In this document: positions 18,201 to 28,539 of the stretch, piece after piece
Position numbering within the stretch: the first letter of the stretch is position 1
Layout: each line of letters starts with the position of its first letter
Source of the DNA: Acidimicrobiales bacterium
Lineage (GTDB): Bacteria; Actinomycetota; Acidimicrobiia; Acidimicrobiales; VFJN01
Direction: 5' to 3'
Assembly (NCBI GenBank): GCA_046598715.1
Contig: JBKJIE010000130.1
Location: forward strand, 1-63,202
DNA length: 63,202 nucleotides
Position numbers and translations under genes: made by a program
The notes under the pieces: generated by a model
Databases searched by the model: none
Told to the model about the DNA's origin: nothing
Seen by the model: only the letters and a program-made list of their open reading frames with translations

Positions 18201-18288
18201 CGAAGAAGAACAGCAGGAAGAGGATCCGCAGGGGGAAGGTGGGCATCCCGCCGGTGATGTCGTCGAGGCGCTTGCGCAGCGAGCTCAT
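15247..18288 (-). CDS. Fusion of MFS permease and two branched-chain-type ABC ATPase domains (LivF-like then LivG-like)
   Basis: About 12 TM N-terminal region with GYYGDRLPRR (MFS motif A); GTNGAGKST..LSGGEQQ..IIDELSLGL; GPNGAGKTT..LSTGSRR..LLDEPSSG..IEHDM. Confidence 0.88.
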   Translation of the reverse strand: MSSLRKRLDDITGGMPTFPLRILFLLFFFDEFDTAAFNVLAPNIKEAFHLTDTAFGLLVVTNLTVVLLLAVPVGYYGDRLPRRNLVITGAIIAGVFSFFTGLAPLIGFLILARLGNGIGRLMNDSIHNSLLADYYKPFDRPRVFAAHRNAIYVGSIVGSALAGIAAALFGWRFAFLVLIGPIVITALVGATKLKDPVRGGTDDPDAALDLEKEDPVPFREARAIIANVKTLRRQFLAWVFIGAGLIPLAYLLPLFLDRVFGVNELGRGVISALNAAATFAGIQMSGKWTMRWIGEGLGEPVKKAGLALVGVGVGLALVAASPWLGLFIVLGMVTSFVAGVFFPPFYATQALVSPARVRTLSFSFGSLFIVVGVWLLYFLPGIAKISDTHGLRWGLFVTVPYWLIGGLVLRSAHKFVTDDVTRSMSQLGLAAELRRSRLERGDESALLTCRGVEVAYGQVQVLFGVDLEVLPGEIVALLGTNGAGKSTLLRAISGTTDPMGGAIFFNGRDITHADPGQTAALGIVQVPGGKAVFPTLTVAEHLRAAGWLYRDDPGHLEATTAEVYELFPRLRERIDQMAGNLSGGEQQMLALGMAFIAKPKLLIIDELSLGLAPTIVEQLLEVVRKIQRSGTAILLVEQSINVALTLAERAYFMEKGEVRFEGPTAELIQRDDIVRSVFLDGAAVAKGEKRSTVTARTEGAEEIDARPVVLEVDGLSKRFGGIQAVDDTSFLLREGEILGLIGPNGAGKTTIFDLISGFTKLDAGAISFDGIDVTNHSPDRRASLGLGRSFQDARLVPSLTVAENLALGLERHLDVRDHFASLLSLPGVVRLEEDVAWTVADLVELMHLGAYRDKFVRELSTGSRRIVDLAMCIAHDPKVLLLDEPSSGIAQKETEALGPLLERIQSETGCALLVIEHDMPLITGISDRMIALELGHPIVEGTPHEVTTDPRVVSSYLGGDLAVINRSGASAPTDPSPARKAKPKATDKATGNGAANGNGNRAKPLVAATEETR

Positions 18289-20564
18289 CGCGTCAGCTCC
18301 GCGTTCTCGAGTTCAGCCAGGCGGGCTTCGAGGGCAGCGACCTTGGCGACCAGCACGCGCGTCTCCTCCTCGTCGTCGAGCTCCGGGTCCGGGACGGCGC
18401 CGGCCGCCACCGCCAGCTCGTTGCCAGCATCGGACACGAGGCTGTCTGAGACGAGGCTGGGCACGTGGATGTCGTGGCGGACCGCGACCCAGCGCAGGAA
18501 GGTGTCCCGCATGCGATACATGATCTCGGACAGGCCGCCGGGCACGATCAGCAGCAGCAAGAGGAGGCCCACACCACTCGTGAGCAGGCGCACGAACTCG
18601 CTCCCGTTGAACAAGAAGGGCACCCCTTCCACCCAGACGGCGCCGAGCATGGCCCCGGGCAACGAGGTGAGCCCGCCGATGACGGCGATGGTGAACACCG
18701 AGATCGACCGTTCGGGCGAGAAGGTGGTGGCGTCGACGCTGCCCGTCTTGAACGCCAGGAGGGCCCCGGCGACCGCCGCGATGAACCCGGAGATGGCGAA
18801 GGCGGCCAGCCGGGTGCGGGCCAGGCTCACGCCGTAGGCCTGCACGCCCCGGCCGTTGTCACGCACGCCGATCATCACCCGACCCGACCGGTTGCGCCGC
18901 AGCGACCGGGCCGCCAGCAGCGACAAGCCGAGGAAGAAGAGGCACACGAAGTAGAAGCGGGTGTCGCTCGACACGTCGAACCGGCCGTAGAGGCGGGGGC
19001 GGCCGACGACCTCGCCTTGCCGTGGCAGTGCCCACTGGAAGTAGTCCTTGTTGAGGAAGAAGTACTGCACGGTGAAGGCGAAGGCCAAGGTCGTCACGGC
19101 CAGGAACAGGCCCTGGATGCGCAGCGCCGGGAGGCCGATGAGCACCGCGGCGATGGCGCCGACGATCCCGGCCGCTACCAGACACGTGAAGAAGTCGGCG
19201 TGGGCGTGCGTGGTGAGGCCGCCAGCAACACCGGCACCGATGCCGGCGAAGCCGAACTGGCCGAGGCTGATCTGGCCCGACCAGCCGGTGAGGATCACGA
19301 GCGACACCCCGACGATGGCGATGATCACCACGAGGGTGAAGCGGCCCGCGAATCGGTCGGGGAGCAGGATCGGCAGGGTGACCGTCACGAAGAGCACCAG
19401 CGCAGCGAGAACGCTCCTCGCATAGCCCACCTCGGTGGTGTCGCGGAGCTCGGTGGGGATGGGGCGGTACTCCTTGACCGATTGCCACGTGCCGATGGCT
19501 GTGTCGAAGGCACGGGCCAACCGCGCCCGCTGAGCCAGCAGGGCCACGAGGATGACCACGAGCATGATCGCCACGGACAGCGAGGCCTTGCGAGTGCCGT
19601 AGAGGGCTGACTGGTCGATGATCCCGATCCCCATGCCGGCGATCACGCACAGCGGGAGGCTGTCCATGCGGGCCACCACCGCGGCGGCCAGCCCGTAGAG
19701 GAGCACGGATGGCCCCACGGAGCTACCGAGGGTCAGGCCAACCATCGGGGCCCGCAGGAACACGGCGGTGGCCGAGAGGACCGCCGCGATCACCCACACG
19801 ACGGTGGACACCCGGCGCACGGGGATGCCCAGCAGCGCGGCTCGCTCGCCGTTCTCCGCCGACGCTCGCACCGCGATGCCCATGTCGGTGAAGCGGAAGA
19901 AGGCGCCGAGCAGTGCGCAGATGATCGCAGTGGCGACGGCGGCCATGATGAAGTCGCCGTTGAACCGCAACGGCTGCACGTCGAAGCCGAACCGGGTCCA
20001 GGGGGTGTGGAAGTCGCTGCTCGTCACGAGGCCGCCCGTGATCGATGTCTGCGCCTGGAACTCCATCACGAGCAGGAGCAGGGAGACGCCGATCGTGGCT
20101 ACCGTGACGATGAGCCGGGGAGCGTCCTTGAAGCGGCGGATGAAGGTGACCTCGACGAACGCGCCGAGGAGCGCGCCGCCGATCAGCACGATCGGCACCA
20201 CCAGGAAGTAGTTCAGGTCCTTGCGCAGCATGAGCAGCAGCGCGACCACCGCCGGGACAGATCCGAGCTGAGCCTGGGCAAAGTTGATGATCCTGTTGGC
20301 CCGGTAGACGAGGATGAGGCCCATGCCCAGCAGGCCGTAGAGCAGCCCGATCGTGGCGCCGTTCAGGAAGATGGCATGGGGGACCGCCGCCCCGCGCAGG
20401 CCGACATCGATCGGCCCCACGCGCAGCCGACCGAACAGCACCTGTACCGCGATCTCGACGAGCACCACATAGCCGACGAGGAGCTTGAGCGGCGGGCCCG
20501 TCCGAGGCGATCGCCACGCACGCCTGAGCGTGTCGGCGGGGCCTGCCAGGGTGGCAGCGGTCAC
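18285..20564 (-). CDS. Fused LivH-LivM type ABC permease
   Basis: YGLLGMGLILVYRANRIINFAQ (LivH-like); LTGWSGQISLGQ, PALRIQGLFLAVTTLAF (LivM-like). Confidence 0.9.
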   Translation of the reverse strand: MTAATLAGPADTLRRAWRSPRTGPPLKLLVGYVVLVEIAVQVLFGRLRVGPIDVGLRGAAVPHAIFLNGATIGLLYGLLGMGLILVYRANRIINFAQAQLGSVPAVVALLLMLRKDLNYFLVVPIVLIGGALLGAFVEVTFIRRFKDAPRLIVTVATIGVSLLLLVMEFQAQTSITGGLVTSSDFHTPWTRFGFDVQPLRFNGDFIMAAVATAIICALLGAFFRFTDMGIAVRASAENGERAALLGIPVRRVSTVVWVIAAVLSATAVFLRAPMVGLTLGSSVGPSVLLYGLAAAVVARMDSLPLCVIAGMGIGIIDQSALYGTRKASLSVAIMLVVILVALLAQRARLARAFDTAIGTWQSVKEYRPIPTELRDTTEVGYARSVLAALVLFVTVTLPILLPDRFAGRFTLVVIIAIVGVSLVILTGWSGQISLGQFGFAGIGAGVAGGLTTHAHADFFTCLVAAGIVGAIAAVLIGLPALRIQGLFLAVTTLAFAFTVQYFFLNKDYFQWALPRQGEVVGRPRLYGRFDVSSDTRFYFVCLFFLGLSLLAARSLRRNRSGRVMIGVRDNGRGVQAYGVSLARTRLAAFAISGFIAAVAGALLAFKTGSVDATTFSPERSISVFTIAVIGGLTSLPGAMLGAVWVEGVPFLFNGSEFVRLLTSGVGLLLLLLIVPGGLSEIMYRMRDTFLRWVAVRHDIHVPSLVSDSLVSDAGNELAVAAGAVPDPELDDEEETRVLVAKVAALEARLAELENAELTR

Positions 20565-22297
20565 TGTGCCTTCGCCGGCACGGTGAACTGAGCCGGCAGC
20601 TGGTTCTGGCCCGGTTCGTACCGGCGTCCGCCGTTCAAGTCGACGGAGGCGCCCTTCTTGCCGTCGATCCCGGAGGTGGCCGTGGCGTCCCAGTACACCT
20701 CTCGGAAGTCCGAGATGGCGTTGTAGTCACCGGGGCCGAACTTGATGAGGTACTGGCTGGGATTGCCCTTGGTCTCCGCCCAGCCTCCTCGGCTCGCCCG
20801 TGCCCCGACCATCCCTCGCTCCACCGTGAGCGGGTTGAGCGTCGGGCCGGCCTCTTGGAGCAGCGACCCGATGAGGGTCCAGTAGCCGGTGGGCAGGTTG
20901 CAGGCCCCGCAGGCCGAACCTGAGTTGCCAGCGGCCCGCCAGATCTTCTGGGCGTCGCTTTGCTCGAAGGGCACGGGCTTCACGAGCTGGCTCGGACCGA
21001 ACGCGTGGGCCCACTGGTCCTGGCCGTAGAGCCGTCCCAGCACGTCGTAGTCGACCAGGTTCTGCCCCTCGAGCAGCCACTCGGGGAAGTAGTTGTTCTG
21101 CGTAGCGCCGTTCGTGAGGAACACCGGAGCGATCAGGTCGCCCATGAACGCCACTGTGGTGACCTTGGCGCTGATGAGACCGGCGACGGTGACCCTCGTC
21201 TGCTCCTGAGCCCGGTTGATGTCGGACTGGTAGGTGAAGACCGGCACCTCCTTGCCGCTGCACTTCTCCACGAGCGACTTCACGCGGGCGGCGACCGCCG
21301 TCTGCGAGCCGTTGCCGTTGTCGGGGATGATCACCGCCAGCTTCCGGGGGGTGGTGCGCCCCCCGATGCTCTGGTGGATGAGCACGCCGGCGTTGGTCGC
21401 CGTGCCCTTGGCCATCTTCGTGCAGTAGTACTCGGCGACCTCGTTGGCCGACTCGGTGCCGCTCGGGAACACGTCGTAGCGATAGGGGCGGCGACCGGCG
21501 TAGAAGCTCACGTCCATGCTCGGCCCGCCGAGGCTGACGATGCCGGCGCGCGACCACACGTCGTGGGTCTCCGGGCCAGCCGCGTAGTGGATCACCATGA
21601 ACGGGTTCATCTTCGCCACCTCGGCCGCCGCCTGGCGGCTCTTGGCGGGGTCCGGTGGGGTCAGGGGGCAGTCGCCGGTCACGCGCTTGACGACGATCTT
21701 GCGGCCATAGAGCTCGTAGTGCTCGTTGATGAACTTCACGGCTGCGTCGTCCATCGCCTGGTACTCCGCCTCGCTTGCGGCGAGGCCCTGTGTGGCGAGG
21801 ATGGCGTTGACCTGCTCGTTGGGCTGGCACTGGAAGTTGACGACGAGGATCTCCTTGTCGGTGACCCCGCGGTAGGTGGCGCCGCCGTTGTTGCCGACGA
21901 ACTTCGGTCGACAGGGCGGTGCTGTGTAGATCACATCGGTCTGGCGGCCGCCTCGGCAGTGGCTGGTGTCGCCGGCTGGCGCACCGCCGCCGCCCGAGAT
22001 GTTGCCGGAGGTGCCGCCGGCGCCGCCCGTCTTGCTCCCCGCACCCGTGGAGCCCCCGGATCCCGTCGTGCCACCGTCGACCGGCAGTCCGGTGGCCGGG
22101 TCGGTGGCGACCGCGTCGGTGCCGCTGCCTGTTCCGTTGTCGGCCGCGGCACCGTTGCTGTCCAGAGGAGCGAGCGAAGACACCTGCGACCCGCCGCCGG
22201 GCGCCTTGGACGGCGCTCCCACGATGATCACCGCCTGCAGGGCGGCCAGCGCGATGAACGGCGCGTACAGCTGGATCCACGACTTGCGCACGGGCAA
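20561..22297 (-). CDS. Membrane-anchored ABC substrate-binding protein (LivJ-like type I fold)
   Basis: N-terminal TM, Gly/Thr linker, NGGATYRGVTDKEI, INEHYELYGRKI; first gene of the operon. Confidence 0.75.
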   Translation of the reverse strand: MPVRKSWIQLYAPFIALAALQAVIIVGAPSKAPGGGSQVSSLAPLDSNGAAADNGTGSGTDAVATDPATGLPVDGGTTGSGGSTGAGSKTGGAGGTSGNISGGGGAPAGDTSHCRGGRQTDVIYTAPPCRPKFVGNNGGATYRGVTDKEILVVNFQCQPNEQVNAILATQGLAASEAEYQAMDDAAVKFINEHYELYGRKIVVKRVTGDCPLTPPDPAKSRQAAAEVAKMNPFMVIHYAAGPETHDVWSRAGIVSLGGPSMDVSFYAGRRPYRYDVFPSGTESANEVAEYYCTKMAKGTATNAGVLIHQSIGGRTTPRKLAVIIPDNGNGSQTAVAARVKSLVEKCSGKEVPVFTYQSDINRAQEQTRVTVAGLISAKVTTVAFMGDLIAPVFLTNGATQNNYFPEWLLEGQNLVDYDVLGRLYGQDQWAHAFGPSQLVKPVPFEQSDAQKIWRAAGNSGSACGACNLPTGYWTLIGSLLQEAGPTLNPLTVERGMVGARASRGGWAETKGNPSQYLIKFGPGDYNAISDFREVYWDATATSGIDGKKGASVDLNGGRRYEPGQNQLPAQFTVPAKAQ

Positions 22298-22395
22298 ACC
22301 CCCCAGAAGGTGTCGGTGGCCGAACCGTCCCTCGGCATCACCTGATTGGCATCAACCGGAGGTTCGGGACGAATCGGGACGAATCCTGCCAGACC

Positions 22396-22409
22396 TGACC
22401 CGTGGGTCA
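22396..22409. promoter_or_regulatory. Palindromic operator TGACCCGTGGGTCA upstream of the transport operon
   Basis: 6-bp arms with 2-nt centre; near-identical site at 48447-48462. Confidence 0.6.
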
Positions 22410-22453
22410 AGTTTTTCCCGCGATTCGGGGCAGAGTGCTCGGGGCGGCGCTGC

Positions 22454-23347
22454 TCAGGTCTGCATCGGGAGGAGAGCCTCGGCGACCCCCGCCAGGTGGT
22501 CGTCCCAATCGGTGGGCTCGGCCACCGGCACCACCACGAACTTCGACCCGCCGGCCTCGATGTGCCGCTCGATCATCGTGCGGAGGCCCGACAGCCCGGC
22601 GCCGATCACCTGCGACGGTTCGACGTCGGGCCGTCGCCGGGCGATGCCGGCGGCCACGATGTCGGGGATCGGCCCCTCGACGTAGGCGATCAGAGCGCCG
22701 AAGTGCTCGTCATCGATGGCCCGGCCCGCCGCCTCGGCGTGCTCCTTGATCACATCGATGCCGGCGCCCACGTCGTCGGGCGTGCAGAACGACGGCAGCC
22801 AGCCGTCGCCGAGACGGCCGCAGCGCTTGAGCTCCGACGGCGCGATGCCGCCGAGCCATATCTCGAGGGGTGCCTGGAGAGGCAGCGGCCGCACCGTGGC
22901 TGCCTCGAAGTGGTGGAACCGGCCGTCGTGGTCGACGGTGTCCCCAGCCCAGAACCGCCGGAGCAGCGGGAGGGACTCGTCGAAGCGGGCGGCCCGCTCG
23001 GTGCGGTCCACGCCGAAGGCCTGCTGCTCGGCGGGGTCGACGGCGCCGAGCCCGAAGGCGGGCAGGAGTCGGCCCCCGGAGAGCCGGTCGAGGGTGGCCA
23101 GCTCCTTGGCCAGCAGCATCGGGTTGCGGCCCGGCAGGACGAGCACCGAGAAGCCGAGCTTGATGCGGGTGGTGAGGCCGGCCGCCACCCCGAGGGCGAC
23201 GATGGGATCGGGGCAGTCGCCGGTGATCCGCTCGGACAGCCACAGCGAGTCGAACCGGAGGCGTTCGAGACCGGTGACGAGCGCCGCGAAGCGCTCGGGG
23301 TCGGTGGACGCCCGCGTGCCGAGCCCGAAGCCGATGCGCACCTTCAT
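22454..23347 (-). CDS. LLM-class (probably F420-dependent) oxidoreductase
   Basis: MKVRIGFGLG, FDSLWLSER, LAKELATLDRLSGGRLLPAFGLG. Confidence 0.88.
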   Translation of the reverse strand: MKVRIGFGLGTRASTDPERFAALVTGLERLRFDSLWLSERITGDCPDPIVALGVAAGLTTRIKLGFSVLVLPGRNPMLLAKELATLDRLSGGRLLPAFGLGAVDPAEQQAFGVDRTERAARFDESLPLLRRFWAGDTVDHDGRFHHFEAATVRPLPLQAPLEIWLGGIAPSELKRCGRLGDGWLPSFCTPDDVGAGIDVIKEHAEAAGRAIDDEHFGALIAYVEGPIPDIVAAGIARRRPDVEPSQVIGAGLSGLRTMIERHIEAGGSKFVVVPVAEPTDWDDHLAGVAEALLPMQT

Positions 23348-23412
23348 CTGGGCAGCCTGCCACGGGGACGCGCGGCGATCGACGGTGGCTGTCGATCGCT
23401 AGGTTCGTCGTC

Positions 23413-24186
23413 ATGACCACGATCGATCTCGCCGCTCCGTTCCGCCTCGATGGCCGTGTCGCCGTCGTCACCGGCGCATCGAGCGGGCTGGGTGACCGCT
23501 TCGCCCGCGTGCTGCACGCGGCGGGGGCCACGGTCGTGGCCTCCGCCCGCCGCACCGATCGGTTGGAGGCGCTGGCCGACGAGCTCGGTGATCGCCTCGT
23601 GGCCATGACGTGCGACGTGTCGGTCGACGAGGACTGCGAGCGGCTGATCGCTGATGCCATCGCCCTCGATGGTCACCTCGACATCCTCGTGAACAACGCG
23701 GGCATCGGCGGGCCGGTGGCCGCGGAGCACGAGTCGATCGGCGACTTCCGTGGGGTGGTCGACGTCAACCTCAACGCGCTGTTCCTCCTCAGCCAGCTGG
23801 CCGGGCGGCACATGATCGAGCGCCGTCAGGGCACGATCGTGAACCTGGCGTCGGTGCTCGGGCTCGTGGCATCGACGCCCATCAAGCAGGCGTCGTACTG
23901 CGCCACCAAGGGTGCGGTCGTGAACCTCACCCGCGAGCTCGGCGCCCAGTGGGCTCGCAAGGGCATCCGCGTGAACGCGCTCGCCCCTGGCTGGTTCCCC
24001 TCGGAGATGACGCAGCTCATGTTCGAGGATCAGGGCTCGAGCGACTTCATGAAGAAGAACTGCCCGATGGGGCGCGCCGGTGAGGTCCACGAGCTCGACG
24101 GTGCCCTGCTGTTCCTCGCCAGCGACGCCAGCAGCTACATGACCGGCCAGACCCTCACCATCGACGGCGGCTGGATCGCCCGCTGA
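23413..24186 (+). CDS. SDR family oxidoreductase
   Basis: TGASSGLG, NNAG, YCATK (YxxxK). Confidence 0.92.
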   Translation: MTTIDLAAPFRLDGRVAVVTGASSGLGDRFARVLHAAGATVVASARRTDRLEALADELGDRLVAMTCDVSVDEDCERLIADAIALDGHLDILVNNAGIGGPVAAEHESIGDFRGVVDVNLNALFLLSQLAGRHMIERRQGTIVNLASVLGLVASTPIKQASYCATKGAVVNLTRELGAQWARKGIRVNALAPGWFPSEMTQLMFEDQGSSDFMKKNCPMGRAGEVHELDGALLFLASDASSYMTGQTLTIDGGWIAR

Positions 24187-24208
24187 ACCCGCGAACAACG
24201 TTGGTTGG

Positions 24209-25114
24209 TTACAACAGGCCGCGGAGAAACTCGCGGGTGCGGTGCTGGTCGTCGGGGGTGCCGAACTCGACGGCGAGAAAGTCGGTGAGGCCGGCGGCGC
24301 GGTAGCGGTCGATGCCGCTCGCCACCTCGTCCTCCGTGCCCACCAGGGCCATGTCGGCTGGGCCCTCCAGGCCCTCACGGTCGAGCATCGCTCGGTACGA
24401 CGGGAGGATGCCGTAGACGGCGAAGGTGGCCGCGGCGCTCTCGCGAGCGCCGGCGACGTCGTTGGTGACGCACACCGGGATGCCGGCGGCCACCCGCGGC
24501 GCCGGGCGACCATGGCGCTCAGCGGCTGCGGTGATGGTGGGGATGGTGTGGTTGGTCAGCGTGTCGGCGCCGGTCATCCAGGTGATGGTGCCCTCGGCCA
24601 TCTCGCCGGCGAGGGCGAGCATCTGCGGGCCGAGGGCGGCGATCAGGATGGGGCACGGCGTCACGTCGCCGATGCCGATGGTGGCATGGGTGCCCAACGT
24701 GTCGCCCGTGAAGGCGACGGAGCGCTCGTGGAGGAGCGGCCGCAGGATCGACAGGTACTCCCGCATGTGGCGCACCGGCTTCTCGAAGGACAGGCCCATC
24801 ATCTGCTCGATCACCATCTGGTGGGACAGGCCGATGCCGAGGGTGAAATGACCTCCCGAGAGCGCGTTGGCCGTGAGGGCCTGCTGGGCCAGCATCATCG
24901 GGTGGCGGGGATAGGTGGGCACGACGGCCGTCCCCACCTCGAGCGCCGGCACCTCACGGCCGATCACGGCGGCGACCGTGATGGCGTCGGGGCCGAAGAT
25001 CTGTGGCAACCAGAACGAGCTGAATCCCTCCGCGGCGACGGTGTGGGCGGCCACGACGAGGTCGTCGGGGTTGCCCGAGGTGGACGAGGTGCCGGCGAAG
25101 ATCCCGATGCGCAT
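24209..25114 (-). CDS. LLM-class (probably F420-dependent) oxidoreductase
   Basis: GTAVVPTYPRHP, LAQQALT, GIGLSH, AALGPQML. Confidence 0.88.
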   Translation of the reverse strand: MRIGIFAGTSSTSGNPDDLVVAAHTVAAEGFSSFWLPQIFGPDAITVAAVIGREVPALEVGTAVVPTYPRHPMMLAQQALTANALSGGHFTLGIGLSHQMVIEQMMGLSFEKPVRHMREYLSILRPLLHERSVAFTGDTLGTHATIGIGDVTPCPILIAALGPQMLALAGEMAEGTITWMTGADTLTNHTIPTITAAAERHGRPAPRVAAGIPVCVTNDVAGARESAAATFAVYGILPSYRAMLDREGLEGPADMALVGTEDEVASGIDRYRAAGLTDFLAVEFGTPDDQHRTREFLRGLL

Positions 25115-25183
25115 GGGCCGACCCTACCGACCGCACCTCGATCCGGTTCGCCCCCGGCAACCCGACCCTGTGACCATGTACGG

Positions 25184-26791
25184 GTGCTACAGGTCCGCGA
25201 GCTCGCAGTCGAGGTGGGTGGCTCCGTCATCATGGACGGCGTCAGCTTCTCGATCCGCGCCCGCGACAAGGTGGGCCTCGTTGGCCGCAACGGCGCCGGC
25301 AAGACGAGCCTGCTGAAGGTGCTGGGCGGCGGCAACGACCCGTTCGCCGGCGTCGTCCATCGCACCGGCGGCCTCGGCTACCTGCCGCAGGACCCGAAGA
25401 TCGAGGGCATCGACGACAGCACCCCCGCCATCCGCCACATCCTCTCGGGCCGGGGCTTCGACGAGGCGATGACCCGCTTGGAGAAGCTGCGTCTCCAGAT
25501 GGAGGAAGACCCATCGGAACGGGCCGTGGAGCGCTTCACCCGCGCCGAGGAGCAGTTCAACACCGACGGCGGGTATGCAGCCGAGAGCGAGGTGCACCGC
25601 ATCGCGGCCGGGTTGGGGCTCGAGGCCGATCGCCTCGACCTGCCGATCAGCGCGCTGTCGGGTGGTCAGCGCCGGCGCGTCGAGATCGCCCGCATCCTGT
25701 TCGCCGGCAGCGACGTCCTGCTCCTCGACGAGCCCACCAACCACCTCGACAGCGATGCCAAGGAGTGGCTGCTCAGCTTCATGCGGGCCTATCGCGGCGC
25801 CCTCCTCGTGATCAGCCACGACCTCGACCTGCTCGACGAGGCCATCACGCGCGTGCTGCACCTCGATCGCTACGACGACGCCAGCCTCGGCACGATGGAG
25901 GAGTACAAGGGCACCTACAGCCAGTACCTCGTCGCTCGGGAGAAGGACGAGATCCGGTTGGCCAAGGTGGCACAGCGCCAGGCCAAGGAGATCGACCGCC
26001 TCCAGACCCTCGTCGACCGCTTCGGCGCGAAGGCATCGAAGGCGTCGATGGCGCACAGCATCGAGAAGCGCATCACCCGGCTCGAGGCCGGCGCAGTCGA
26101 GGTGTCGAAGGGCAACCGAGCGGTGCACGTGCGGTTCCCGCCGCCACCGCAGTCGGGTCGGGTCGCGCTCGAAGGCTCCGATCTGGCGGTGCGCTACGGC
26201 GAGCTCGAGGTGTTCCGCGACGTCGACTTCGCCGTCGAGCGCGGAGAGCGCCTGCTGATCATGGGCCTCAACGGCGCCGGCAAGACGAGCCTGCTGCGCG
26301 TGCTCGCCGGCGAGCTGCAAGCGAATGAGGGGCAGTTCCACCTCGGGCACAACGTGGTCGCCGGGTACTACGCCCAGGAGCACGAGGGCATCCACGCCGG
26401 TCGCACGATCCTCGAGCACCTGCGCGAGCAGGTGCCACACGCACCCGACCCCATGCTGCGCTCCATCGTCGGCGCCATGGGGCTCACGGGCGACAAGGTG
26501 CACCAAGACGCGGGCACGCTCTCCGGCGGCGAGAAGACGAAGCTGGCGCTGGGCATCCTCGTGGCCGGTCGCCACAACCTGCTCCTCCTCGACGAGCCCA
26601 CCAACAACCTCGACCCCGGTTCACGGGTGGCGGTGGCCGAGGGCCTGCGTGGCTGGCCCGGCTCGATCGTGCTCGTGAGCCACGATGCCCAGTTCGTTCG
26701 CGACCTCGAGCCCAACAAGGTGCTGCTCATGCCTGATGGCACCCTCGACCACTGGGCCGACAGCTACCTCGACCTGGTCGAGCTGGCCTAA
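25184..26791 (+). CDS. ABC-F family ATP-binding protein
   Basis: Two NBDs (GRNGAGKT..LSGGQ..LLDEPTNHLD; GLNGAGKT..LSGGEK..LLDEPTNNLD), no TM; GTG 25184 within ORF 24242..26791. Confidence 0.92.
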   Translation: MLQVRELAVEVGGSVIMDGVSFSIRARDKVGLVGRNGAGKTSLLKVLGGGNDPFAGVVHRTGGLGYLPQDPKIEGIDDSTPAIRHILSGRGFDEAMTRLEKLRLQMEEDPSERAVERFTRAEEQFNTDGGYAAESEVHRIAAGLGLEADRLDLPISALSGGQRRRVEIARILFAGSDVLLLDEPTNHLDSDAKEWLLSFMRAYRGALLVISHDLDLLDEAITRVLHLDRYDDASLGTMEEYKGTYSQYLVAREKDEIRLAKVAQRQAKEIDRLQTLVDRFGAKASKASMAHSIEKRITRLEAGAVEVSKGNRAVHVRFPPPPQSGRVALEGSDLAVRYGELEVFRDVDFAVERGERLLIMGLNGAGKTSLLRVLAGELQANEGQFHLGHNVVAGYYAQEHEGIHAGRTILEHLREQVPHAPDPMLRSIVGAMGLTGDKVHQDAGTLSGGEKTKLALGILVAGRHNLLLLDEPTNNLDPGSRVAVAEGLRGWPGSIVLVSHDAQFVRDLEPNKVLLMPDGTLDHWADSYLDLVELA

Positions 26792-26807
26792 CCCCCAACA
26801 CCACTGC

Positions 26808-26854
26808 TTCTGTGTGCCGGCACCCACGAATGGCGGGGCTGGATGCACACAGAA
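26808..26854. terminator. Inverted repeat between convergent genes (possible bidirectional terminator or REP-like element)
   Basis: TTCTGTGTGC..GCACACAGAA 10-bp arms with 27-nt partly pairable interior. Confidence 0.45.
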
Positions 26855-26872
26855 CCCGGGGAGGGAGGGGGG

Positions 26873-28504
<1,632 letters not shown>

Positions 28505-28539
28505 GCCCGAGACGCTAGGGCCCGCCCTACCGTGGGGTC
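28505..28539. promoter_or_regulatory. Back-to-back leaderless -10 elements for the two fumarase genes
   Basis: TAGCGT on - strand (28517-28512) 7 nt before GTG 28504; TACCGT (28528-28533) 6 nt before ATG 28540. Confidence 0.6.

Noticed and set aside
24242-25183. N-terminal extension of ABC-F
   Set aside because: Antisense to the LLM gene; the ABC-F domain starts at GTG 25184
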